Source: Octopus sinensis (Eukaryota). From it: a stretch of 64,000 bases of DNA. Position 1 is the first letter of the stretch, and each line of letters begins with the position of its first letter. Where the stretch lies: contig NC_043005.1 in NCBI RefSeq assembly GCF_006345805.1, positions 87,544,001-87,608,000 on the forward strand. The letters are read 5' to 3'. Of this stretch, positions 52,651 to 64,000 are shown in pieces. The notes beneath the pieces were generated by a model. It did no database searches. It saw only the letters and a list, made by a program, of their open reading frames with translations, and was not told where the DNA came from. The position numbers were made by a program, and so were the translations under genes.

Positions 52651-53064
52651 AGGTGCAGGAGTGGCTGTGTGGTAAGTAGCTTGCTAACCAACCACATGGT
52701 TCCGGGTTCAGTCTCACTGCGTGGCATCTTGGGCAAGTGTCTTCTGCTATAGCCCCGGGCCGACCAATGCCTTGTGAGTGGATTTGGTAGACGGAAACTG
52801 AAAGAAGCCTGTCGTATATATGTATATATATATGTATGTGCGTGTGTGTTTGCGTGTCTGTGTTTGTCCCCCTAGCATTGCTTGACAACCGATGCCGGTG
52901 TGTTTACGTCCCCGTCACTTAGCGGTTCGGCAAAAAAAAGAGGCCGATAGAATAAGTACTGGGCTTACAAAAGAATAAGTCCCGGGGTCGATTTGCTCGA
53001 CTAAAGGCGGTGCTCCAGCATGGCTGCAGTCAAATGACTGAAACAAGTAAAAGAGAGTAAAGAG
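52651..53064 (+). mobile_element. SINE family A, best-preserved copy
   Basis: A-box-like TGGCTGTGTGG, B-box-like GGTTCAGTC, central (TA)/(TG) tract, tail CATGGCTGCAGTCAAATGACTGAAAC(AAGTAAAAGAG). Confidence 0.9.
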
Positions 53065-53399
53065 TATATAACATAAATCTTTGAATTATTAAAAACCCTC
53101 CGGCTCAATATAATGTGTTATAATTACGAAACGGCTGTTGAAGTCAGCTTCGTACGAGATAATCGCAAGATTCAAAATAACTTTAAAATTGATATGTCAT
53201 TAAGGAAAAGGGCAAGTTTTTTTCTCTAGAAATAATCGGACAGTGGTGAGCATGTGTTTCTTGTCCCATGGCCCTCATAAATTTGACCATTGTCCGACCT
53301 TATTACTAGTAGCCAAAAGAAAAAAATACAGAAGAAAATATTTATGGCCGAAACAATTGAGCTAAGAAAAATAACTCAGAATCGCCAATGGCAGGTATT

Positions 53400-53640
53400 C
53401 GAAATTAATGTGCAAGTGACCTAGAGCTCTGCTGACACACCCGTACCCTATGCGTATTTGTAAGGAAGATTCAACGTGATACAAATTGTGATACGGCTGG
53501 CCATTTGAATTACTTGTACAACTCATTTTTGCCGGTTAAGTAGAGTGAAGCAAAGTGAAACAACGTATCTTACTCAATGACACAACGCGCTGTCGGGGAA
53601 TTATACTCATGACCATATGGTCGTGACCCGCACACCTGAA
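53400..53640 (-). mobile_element. Diverged SINE family B
   Basis: CAACTCATTTTTGCCGG...GTGAAACAACGTATCTTACTCAATGACACAACGCGCTG...CTAAGCCATGCGCCTTC. Confidence 0.65.
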
Positions 53641-54059
53641 TCACTAAGCCATGCGCCTTCATCCATGGAAAATTACAGGTTCGTCAAATATCATCCAAAT
53701 TCTTGGTTTATTTAAATTAGCACCGCCTCTGAAGGATGTTTCCTAATTACCAAATGGCAATGAAAACTAGCGCCATTGAAATATATAGAAAGATTAGGTA
53801 CTGGAACTATTTCTCGTGCTTCTACTACGCATGAATTCTGAACAAATTCTCTTTCAGTAAGTACATGAAAGACAGAAGGTAGCACTTTAATTTGCTAAGA
53901 AACATTAACAAGCAAACCTTCTAGTTAGAACTTAGATTTAAATCAAGTAGAAAAATTGTAGACATACGGTCACTCGACTTACGAAAGATAAGAGAAGACC
54001 CTAAATTCGTATGTGCTTGATTGGCAGATGCAAGACGCATTTAATTAGGTAATCCTACA

Positions 54060-54270
54060 TATAGTATTGGGTGAGTTTACGAAAAAAAAACAAAAGACGA
54101 AGACAGGTGGTGTACAAAACAAATAGATGTATTAGTATAACGCTCAGGAATAGAAAAAGTCTTTTACGTTTCGAACCTACGCTCTTCTACAGAAAGAGAC
54201 ACAGAAAAAACAAGGAGAGAAACAAGGAGAGAAAAAAAGGAGAGAAAAAAGGAGAGAAAAAATGTGTGTA
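54060..54270 (-). mobile_element. Penelope-like terminal repeat fragment with HHR-like motif at 54160-54197
   Basis: RC TCTTT-CTGTAGA-A-GAGC(GTAG)GTTC-GAAA-CG-TA-AAAGA; homologous to 34831-34930. Confidence 0.65.
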
Positions 54271-54943
54271 GTCTATAAAGTTTGGATGGTCATGGACGGA
54301 ATATCTTTGATATAAATCGGATTATTCAGGACTGAACTCTACTACCACAAAACTAATGGCTCACGCATTTGATACAATTATTCTGTGGACTGTCAATGTG
54401 CTAGTAATAGTAGCCATTACACACATCCTACATGGGACATTGGTACTCGTTGGTACCAACGTTGCATATAGCAAGCACGATAATTGCTGAGAGGTTTCTC
54501 TCGGCATAAAACGAATGGAAGCTTTGTAAAGCCACAAATAAAGAATATTTATCTACAAACTACCAATACGATGTTGAGCACCCATTTTCTCTCTTTGATA
54601 TTATACATACATACATACATACATACATACATACATACATACATACATACATACATACATACATACATACATACATACACACACACACAATTAGGATGCT
54701 AGGTTTTGTTAGTAAATGCTTAAAAAAGTATGTGGATAAACTAAGAATTTCAGAAAGAGAAATCAATTGCTAATTCGTAGAAGTCCAATCTGTGAGTGGA
54801 ATAGTAAAAAAATATGCAAGATTTTTCTCGAGTTCCAAATGAGAATTTGTCTGTGTTAGCTACATCCCGAAGATGTAGCCTTGTATCTTTGTTGGAAATT
54901 GGCTCTCTACACAGTGGAAGATTTATAGTAATTAAAATATATG

Positions 54944-55000
<57 letters not shown>

Positions 55001-55120
55001 TACTAACAATATAGGACGAAGTCCCTTTCTCTACAGAAAAGGAATCCATCAGCAAGCGGATTATAAGTGGATAAATCAGTGTATTGGCTTTAGAATAACC
55101 CTCTTTAGCCCTTAATTATA

Positions 55121-55182
<62 letters not shown>

Positions 55183-55295
55183 TATATATACATATAGTGT
55201 ATAATATATATATATATTATATATATATATACATATATATAATGTATATATATATTTATACACAAACACACACACATACATATATATATGATTTC

Positions 55296-55520
55296 TTTAA
55301 AGCAGCAGACATTTCAACAAAACCTGTTACTCTGAGCTTCACGTTCCCATTCGTCGGACAGTTTTTTCTAGCAAAAAGTGTCCGACGAACGAGAACGTGA
55401 AACTCAGAGTAACAGGTTTTGTTGGATTTTCTGCTGCTTTAAATAAAGCATATTACTCTACCACTGGTATTTGAGTACTCCTTTTTCCACCTTGTTTCAC
55501 ATTTATGTGTTTACTCCGGT
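55296..55520. mobile_element. Small fold-back element with HHR motifs in both polarities, flanked by (TA)n
   Basis: 55296-55360 is the reverse complement of 55379-55443. Plus strand: TGT-CCGACGA-ACG(AGAA)CGT-GAAA-CTC(A)GAG-TA-ACA. Confidence 0.7.
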
Positions 55521-55524
55521 ATAT

Positions 55525-55574
<50 letters not shown>

Positions 55575-56064
55575 ATATATATACACACACACAAACGCTG
55601 AAATAGGTAACCTCGGAACATTACTGGACAACAATAATACATTTATGAGATTAATACAAAGCAAGGACCGAAAATGATAGTAAAATTAAATATTCATATC
55701 AGCCGACGAAATGACAAGTAAATAGAGAAAGAAATCCTAGACATACCATGAAGACTCAATCTCATTTCAGTCTCATATTTATATTACGTTTTATGTGTAC
55801 ACATATGTATGTATATATATATATGTATGTGTGTGTGTATGTATGTATGTATGTATGTAGGTGTGTATGGATATGTAGATGTATATATATTCTCCTTTGT
55901 TCTTTCACTCTCTACGTTCTCCCTACTCCTACTCTATCTATAGACGCTTTGCGTATCTCTCTGTTACTCGATGAGGTTGTCTGTTCTCCAGATTACAATA
56001 AATCAATTCCTGGCTTCAATCCTCCATATCGTATACAATCATTCTATCTATTAATCCAACTCTC

Positions 56065-56095
<31 letters not shown>

Positions 56096-56152
56096 CTCCT
56101 CCTGTGTCTCTTAATATACATACATATATTCATATATATATATATATATATA

Positions 56153-56196
<44 letters not shown>

Positions 56197-56351
56197 TAGA
56201 TAGATAGATAGATATAGATATATATATATATACATATATACTTACATACATAAATGTATACATACAGGCATACATACATAGATACATATACATACGTGTA
56301 TATAGACACATATGTATATGCACATATATCTATATGTATATAAAAAATATA

Positions 56352-56690
56352 AAGACCCCCTTCGGTCATGAATGACCATGGGATTGCACCTAGAAAGTTA
56401 CCCTCCTAGACACAAGTCCGGGTAAGGTTGTTTATGGAAGACCAGCAGTCGCCCATGCATACCAGCCTCCCCTCTCCACGCCACCAGTGTTATCCAAGGG
56501 AAAGACAAAGGTCGATACAGCTTGGCACCAGTGACGTCGCAACTCATTTCTACAGCTGAGTGAACTGGAGCAACGTGAAATAAAGTGATTTGCTCAAGAA
56601 CACAACACGCAGCCCGGTCCGGGATTCGAGCTCAAAACCTCACGATCGTAAGCTCGAAGCTCTAACCAATGAGCCATGCGCCTTCACATA
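56352..56690 (-). mobile_element. tRNA-derived SINE, family B head with a different tail
   Basis: RC TGAAGGCGCATGGCTCATTGGTTAGAGCTTCGAGCTTACGATCGTGAGG...CGAATCCCGGACC...TTCACGTTGCTCCAGTTCACTCAGCTG; the tail is unrelated to 3120-3300. Confidence 0.75.
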
Positions 56691-56693
56691 TAC

Positions 56694-56737
<44 letters not shown>

Positions 56738-56864
56738 ACATATATATGTCTGTGTATGTATGTGTGTGTATACGTATACAATATATTTATATAAATATAT
56801 ATGTAGATATATATATGTGTGTGTGTGTATTTGTATCTGTATAGATACATATATATAGATAGAT

Positions 56865-56922
<58 letters not shown>

Positions 56923-57080
56923 GTAGATAGATAGATAGATCACTACATAGAGACATACATATCGATTGGTCTCTCTCCCATTCATATATCAGCAAGTAGC
57001 CCTTTCTTATTTTATTCTTATATCACCATAACGTGACAAAAATTAGCAAATACACACATTCGCACACACACACACACACA

Positions 57081-57111
<31 letters not shown>

Positions 57112-57680
57112 CATACTCACACATATCACATCATAAAATAACGCCCATACGAAAAAAATAATACATTAGCGAAATACAGTAAAGCCACATAGCAATATAT
57201 TGATATTACTCAATACTCATTTAGTTTATAGTATTACGAGTAATAACATTCTTTTGGTCTCAGCATGACTAAAATGTACTTAAAACAGCAGATGGCCGTT
57301 GCCATGTGTAGCAGTGTGCTGCAATCTGTGACGGTTCTCTTTCTCTGATGGAATCATTCAATAACGTTATTGTCAATCATTTTAACAAGCAAGAATCGCT
57401 TAGCAATTTTAGTTTTAGTGGTGCCAATTACGCTATACAGCACCAGTTCTCCAACCATTCTCATAATATATTTTCTATATACGTGTTTTCACGTTATACA
57501 TATACATATACATACATATATACACACACGCATATGTATATGCGTATGTATATATATATATATTATATATATATGTGTGTGTGTGTGTGTGCATGTATAA
57601 ATATATATATATATGTGTATGTGTGTGTATATATATATATTTATATTACAGATATACACATATATATAATATATAATAAC

Positions 57681-57719
<39 letters not shown>

Positions 57720-57769
57720 ATATACACATATATATATATATATATAAGGTATAAATATATATACTCTTT

Positions 57770-58140
57770 TACACTTTTATTTGTTTCAGTCATTTGACTG
57801 TGGCCATGCTGGAGCCCCGCCTTTAGTCGAGTAAATCGACCCCATGACTTATTCTTTGTAAGTCTAGTACTTATTCTATCGATGTATTTTGCCGAAATGC
57901 TAAGATACGGAGACGTAAACACAGCAGCATCGGCTGCCAAGTGATGTTGGGAGGACAAACACAGACAAACAAACATATACACACATATACATACATATAG
58001 ATATACATATATACGACGGGTTTCTTTCAGTTTCCGCCAAGGAAAATCTACTCACAAGGTTTTGGTCGACCCGACGTTATAGTAGAATACACTTGCCCAA
58101 GGTGTCATACAGTGGGACTCAACCCGGAACCATGTGATTG
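57770..58140 (-). mobile_element. SINE family A
   Basis: Reverse complement of 52651-53064. Confidence 0.85.
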
Positions 58141-58162
58141 ATAAGCAAGCTATAATATATAT

Positions 58163-59195
58163 ATACCACATCAATAGATACTTTCGGCATGACAGAAAGG
58201 CAAAACCCAGATTGGTTCAGTGCTGGGCTCTCAGAGCTGGAAACAGTTATCGAAGCAAAGCATGCAGCTCTGATGCAATAGAAGAGTGATTCTTCTACAA
58301 AGTCACTCGAAGAACTCAGAAAGGCAAGAAATAAAACCCAACTGACTGCCAGACGCTGTGCAAATAGGTATTGGCAGGAAATCTGTCATAGTATTCAGTC
58401 AGCTGCTGACAGTGGCGACACCCGTGGGATGTATACCGGTTTGAAGAAGGCCCTCGGTCCATCCGCAACCAAGTCAGCCCCTCTGAAATCAGCTACTGGA
58501 GATCTCATCAAGGACCAAAGCAAGCAAATGGATAGATGGGTGGAGTACTACCAGGATCTCTACGCACGGAGACCACGGTAGCTGACGCTGCAGTCGAGGG
58601 TGTCAAGATCTTGCCGGTCATGTGTGAACTTGACAGTCTGCCATCTGTAGCAGAGCTCAAAAAGGCTGTTAACTCCCTAGCAAGTAACAAGGCTCCGGGA
58701 AAAGACGTCATCCCCTTAGATATCATCAAAACCGGCAAAAACACTATCCCGCTTCGGTACCTTCATGAGCTTCTGTGTCAGTGCTGGGGAGAGGGTAAAG
58801 TCCCTCAGGATATGCGGAATGCTAACATCATTACGCTTTACAAAAACAAAGGTGAACGTAATTATTGTAACAAGTACCGTGGAATATCTCTTCTAAACAC
58901 TTTTGGAAAGGCATTTGCTCGCGTTTTCCTGTCCAGGCTACAACTGCTTGCTTCTCGAATTTATCCAGAATCGTAGTGTGGCTTTAGAAGAAGCAAATCA
59001 ACTATTGACATGATATTTTCCATACGCCAACTTCAGGAGAAGTCCAGAGAGCAGAAAATGCCATTATATATGGCCTTCATTGATCTGACAAAGGCCTTTG
59101 ACTTGGTAGGTAAAAAAGGCCTCTTCATCCTGCCCCAAAAAATCGGATGTCCACCAAAGCTGCTGAGGATCATCAAATCTGTCCATGATGATATT
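58163..59195 (+). mobile_element. RTE-clade LINE internal fragment (linker plus N-terminal RT)
   Basis: RQNPDWF...RRCANRYW...KAPGKDVIP...VPQDMRNANIITLYKNKG...YRGISLL...CGFRRSKSTIDMIFSIRQLQEKSREQ..LYMAFIDLTKAFDLV. Confidence 0.9.
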
Positions 59196-60544
59196 CAATG
59201 TTCATTTCTTTTATGATCCAAAACTAGGTCAAAAGTACTGAATGGATCTTTATGAAATTTGGAAATTATATTCTATGCATAAGGGCCATAACCCCCATGA
59301 CAATTCATATTTTTGCTAGCCATATATATTAGACACAAATGAAGTAATATTTATAACATTTCATCTTCTTACAAGTTATAAAGACCCCTCCATGGGGACC
59401 TAACACCCACAGTTTTGTCATTTTATCTAAGCAAAAACGAATACAGTTGTGCTCTTGGAAGCTGTAGGGTTACCCGAGCATAAAAGTTGAGCATTATTTC
59501 TAATTCAATGGTACAAGAGTGTAACAGTTTGCTTTGACATACACTTACCTTGTGATTCCTGCAATGTGGTGCATAAATTGTCAAGTAAATGAGGGGCATC
59601 TTTGCCTCCACTGATTCAGTTGCAAAGTGTTGAGTAAAGTTATTTGATTGCAGACCTGTTTCGGTCTTTTTATTATCACTCGGTCACACATAGACCCCAG
59701 ATGGTAACATTGATTTCAACGCCTTCCAAGATGAGTAACTGGTTATTCAAAGACATTTATAGATTGTAAATTTATTCTGTCCAATTACATATCAGTATAA
59801 TGGTAATTTGCAAACTCCAACTTTCATTTGTCCTTAGCCCTCACGTCACACAGTAATTAATGTTTATTTCAGTTGCGTCACGCCCTTTCAATTGCTATGC
59901 CTGTCACCTGGATGGTGAGGAATCCTACTTTGGGAGTGGTAACGACTAGGGTAAGGGTAACTGACTGCTTATTGTGATCATTCGTCTTTTGGTTTCCTGT
60001 AGCTTTGCTCTCTTTTACAAACCCAGTGAATATATATTTCCTATTTCAAAGAAATTCAAACAATAGATATAAGACTCAAGTTAAAAAGATACTCAGCAAT
60101 TCAACTTCTCTGGTTCACATTAAGATGCCCATCCCCAACAGGGGCTTTAACTCTCACATTTTAGAGCTCCATGACCTTCATTTTTCAGGAGCAAAATATT
60201 TTTAACAGGTTCAATAAGACTGGAATTTTGGAATATGCACATAAAAATCAGTAGTATGGGATATATGTGGCACGATTACAATTTTTTGGTGGGTGTGTAA
60301 AGAGGGAAATAACCTTGATCTGCAATTTTGATGACATTCGAAACATAGATATTCCAGTTCATTAGAGAAAATATAATAGAAAAGTCTAATTCTTCAATTG
60401 TATGTAACACGGGCAACGCCGGGTATCTCTGCTAGTATATATATATATATATATATCTATATATATTATATATATATATATATATTATGTTTCTTATATA
60501 TATAGATCGATGATAGTAGATAGATAGATAGATAGATAGATAGA

Positions 60545-60579
<35 letters not shown>

Positions 60580-61856
60580 CGAGGGGCGTTCAATAAGTAA
60601 TGCCCCTGACCCACTTCCCATAGCAGTAGAGTAACGACACTTGGCACAGTTATTAGTCGTTTCCTACATAGGAACTACCCAGAGTTATGCATTTCTCCCA
60701 TCGTTTGATACAGCTCTGGAGACCGTTTTTGTAGAAGACCCCAGTTTGTCCTCCAACCACGACGTGACTTCAGAAATCAAGGCTGCATCATCTGGGAAAC
60801 GCTTTCCTTTCAAAATCAGCTTCATGGCTGGGAAGAGGTGAAAATCAGAGGGTACAAGGGGAGGAGTTCATAGCTGCACGCCTGTGCTTCTGATCTGGCG
60901 ACACGCGAGTTGTGGACCGGAGCGTTGTCCTGCAGGAGGAGGATGCCTTTGCTTTTGATAGCTTCTCTTAATGCCTCTTGATTTTGATAGCTTCTCTTAA
61001 TTTCCTCAAAAGTGAAGCATAATAGGCTCCTGTAATTGTGGTACCCTTTGCCAGGAAATCTGTCATCACTACTCCGTCCTGGTCCCAGAAGACTGTGAGC
61101 ATAACCTTGTCAGCGGAGGGCTGCACCCTTGCCTTCTTTGGAGGAGGTGAGTCACGGTGCTTTCACTGCATTGACTGGGCTTTGGTCTCTAGATCATAGT
61201 GATGGACCCAGGTTTTATCCTGTGTGATCAGTCATTTGAAAAATTTTGACTCATCTTCTTGGCACATCTCCAAATTCATCTTCGAGCACTCAACGCGTTC
61301 TTGCTTCTGGAAAGGTGTGAGCAACCTGGAAATCCATCTGGCAGACACCTTTTGCATATGCAAATGGTCATGAATGATAGTTTCCACAGACCCGGTACTA
61401 ATCTTGACCTTATGGGCTATTTGGCGAATAGTTATGCGTTGACCTTCCAAAATGGCAGCCTCAACTTGATGGACAGACGTCTCATCAACGGCAGAAGGGG
61501 GCGACCAAATCTGGGAGCTGTTTCCACAGAGTTCCGACTATGTTTGAATTCACAATGCCACCGTTTTACAAGGTCATATGATGGGGCATCATCACCATAA
61601 GTTACTTTCATTTCATCAAAAGTCTCCCGTGGTGTGCGTCCTTTCAAATATAAAAACCAGATCACTGCTCGACACTCAACAGGCTCCATTTCACATTTGA
61701 GACAGTTCAAACACCTGTAAATCAGACACCACTATTAGTTCAGAGCTTTAATTCGCCACTTAATCTATAGAGGTCTGAATAAGTGCACATGCAAAATTAC
61801 AGCTAGATTAAACAACTGCAAGTGGGTCAGGGGCATTATTTATTGAACGCCCCTCG
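60580..61856 (-). mobile_element. Full-length mariner (1277 bp), inactive transposase, inserted in (TAGA)n
   Basis: 37-bp TIR CGAGGGGCGTTCAATAAGTAATGCCCCTGACCCACTT (1 mismatch) and TA duplication. ORF remnants MEPVECRAVIWFL..., KVSARWISRLLT, QDKTWVHHY, VMLTVFWD, QDNAPVH, SDFHLFP. Confidence 0.95.
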
Positions 61857-61889
61857 TAGATAGATAGATAGATAGACAGACAGATAGAC

Positions 61890-61927
<38 letters not shown>

Positions 61928-62490
61928 GTATAGATATAGATATAGATATAGACATATAGATATGTAGAGAATACAAGCATCCATGTATGTCACTTATAGG
62001 CATATATAACCGTGTATGTGCGAGTGTGTGTGTGTTCAATTTTATATTTATTAAGTGCAGACATGTAAAGTAAGCATAGGTTACGGTATCTCTACATTTC
62101 TAAATTACATTACCGCTTTGTTGTCCTTGTATCCCGCACACACACATACACACACACACACACACATGTATGTATGTATGTATGTATGTATGTATGTATG
62201 TATGTATGTATTATGTATGTATGTATGTACATGTGTTTATGAACGAAAGACAAGTACACTTCGAACGACGTTGTGTATAGTGACTTTTAGTCATCTAATG
62301 CCTAGAAACACAGAACCTGCAAAGTGTCTGCTGCGGATATGTATAGTTACATACATATATGTCTATGTGTATGCATACACACATAGTACATACAATATAT
62401 TGCATATATATGAGTGTATGTTTGTGAATACATTTATGCAAACACCCCGCACATATATACACACACACACCTATGTACAAAAATATATAA

Positions 62491-62544
<54 letters not shown>

Positions 62545-62547
62545 GGG

Positions 62548-62605
<58 letters not shown>

Positions 62606-62606
62606 C

Positions 62607-62684
<78 letters not shown>

Positions 62685-62687
62685 GGG

Positions 62688-62757
<70 letters not shown>
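62491..62757. repeat. (TAGA)n tract of about 265 bp
   Basis: Visible directly. Confidence 0.95.
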
Positions 62758-62758
<1 letters not shown>

Positions 62759-64000
62759 GTTTCTTTATTGGCCAGACAGGGCTGCACACAGATGGGACAA
62801 GTTACAAGGTAGAGCTTTTCTTTTGGGGGATGAAGAGAACAAAAAACAAAAGAAAAAAGGGGTGGCGTAGGTTTTCGATCAAGAGGGATCGTAAAAGGGA
62901 AGAAAAGAACAAAAAAAAATTGAATAAAATAAAAGGAATAAAAAGAAAAAAAAAAGGAAAAGGAGCAAAAGGAAAGAGAAATGAAAAAAAAAAGAAAAAA
63001 GGGGGGAAAAAAGGGGAAGAGGAAAAAAAGAACGATCAATAGGATCGTGTATCACAGTGTTATGATATATGGTGTAAAGGGGAAAGCAAGTAAGGTTTAT
63101 CCGTGGGAAGAAAAGCCTACGAAAAAGACCACGGTAACCTTGGTCAATATTGTTATATGTTACCACATTTGTTTGCAAGTGGGTAACCCTCTGTTTTTAA
63201 TTTCTGGGTTCATAGGATTATGCTCAAGGTGGCTTCGTCATTCATACGTGCCATCCTTGCTACATTCACCCATCTTTTTTTAAAACATTCGCTAGACAAA
63301 ACTTGCCTCTCTACTCTCACTTTCCTTTTCAAGTGGTACTTGAAGAAGTTGATGAGAGATTGACCAGAGAGGAAAGTGTTTGTCTTCATTCCTTTCAGAC
63401 GCGTCCACCAGATACATTCTTTCGCCATAGCCACAAGGATGATGAAAATAGCTCTTCCTTCCCGTTTGAAGGAAGGAGGCGTGACAATATTGACGATAGA
63501 CTCAGCTGATAAACCGACTCGTCCCACACGTGACAGCAGTTGTTCGACATAAGCCCACAGGTCGGAAATTGTTGGACACTGCACGAGTGCGTGCAGAACG
63601 GTTTCGTCGCTCTGACCGCATCTCGGGCAGGTCGGCCCCGTGTTTCTAGAGCCGTGTCTGTAGAGCTTATCCCGAACGGGTAGCGCTTCTCGGTAGCACT
63701 GCCAGGCCAGGGATCTCTGGAAGTTGTCCATGGGGCCTGGCCCGAAAGTCGTCCTGAACAGGCGGGTCAGGTACTCCTCGTCGACGTCCAGGTTCGCCCC
63801 GAGCTCGTCGCCGTACCTCCCCTCCACTAATCCCCTATAGAATGCTTTGGTTGTGTTGAAGTCACTCAAGGTCGACCCGGGACGGCAGAGTTGCTTGAGA
63901 GCAACGCGACACTCGTGGTGCCAATCGCCCTTCCTCGGCCTCTTTTTGATCCACGACTGCAGTTCGGTCATGGAGACGAGCTGCGGGAAAGCGTGCCTCA
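62758..64000 (-). mobile_element. 3' end of a Tx1/L1-clade LINE (runs off the window)
   Basis: Open ORF2 C-terminus; 450-bp 3' UTR with a pyrimidine tract; AATAAA at 62764-62769 followed directly by (ATCT)n. Confidence 0.8.
63210..64000 (-). CDS. LINE ORF2 C-terminal zinc-binding (zf-RVT-like) region, uninterrupted
   Basis: ...AWQCYREALPVRDKL...CPRCGQSDETVLHALVQC..W...AKECIWWTR...; at least 253 codons with no stop, GC-rich relative to the window. Confidence 0.75.
   Translation of the reverse strand, partial: RHAFPQLVSMTELQSWIKKRPRKGDWHHECRVALKQLCRPGSTLSDFNTTKAFYRGLVEGRYGDELGANLDVDEEYLTRLFRTTFGPGPMDNFQRSLAWQCYREALPVRDKLYRHGSRNTGPTCPRCGQSDETVLHALVQCPTISDLWAYVEQLLSRVGRVGLSAESIVNIVTPPSFKREGRAIFIILVAMAKECIWWTRLKGMKTNTFLSGQSLINFFKYHLKRKVRVERQVLSSECFKKRWVNVARMARMNDEATLSIIL

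Noticed and set aside
53775-53865. Possible exon LKYIERLGTGTISRALLR with a CA|GTAAGT donor
   Set aside because: Not a GxGxxG motif, poor acceptor, upstream stop, and no neighbouring exons.
59543-59660. Minus-strand exon ending in AAG|GTAAGT
   Set aside because: No polypyrimidine acceptor and an unrecognisable peptide; such donors are expected by chance in 64 kb.

Overview
AT-rich, microsatellite-saturated eukaryotic DNA with no recognisable host protein-coding gene, rRNA, true tRNA gene or CRISPR array. The SINE/LINE/microsatellite landscape looks like an octopod cephalopod genome (inference, not verified). Most ORFs in the supplied track are translated microsatellites or transposon fragments. 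Identifiable content: R4/Dong-like LINEs (two families, one nearly full length), CR1-like LINE remnants, an RTE fragment, the 3' end of a young Tx1/L1-like LINE, one Tc1 (DD34E, IR/DR ends), two mariners, Penelope-like (GIY-YIG) remnants and about four SINE families. The most interesting signal is a set of sequence-unrelated hammerhead ribozyme (HHR) motifs in small non-coding, mostly (TA)n-flanked, fold-back or tandem elements. These include a 352-bp-period retrozyme-like repeat at 15.6-16.2 kb, a 365-bp palindrome carrying an HHR on each strand at 14.1-14.4 kb, a second two-polarity HHR hairpin at 55.3 kb, a CUGUNGA core-variant family, and a possible HHR with a giant stem II at 7.5-7.7 kb. 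All folds were paired by eye and none has been tested for activity.
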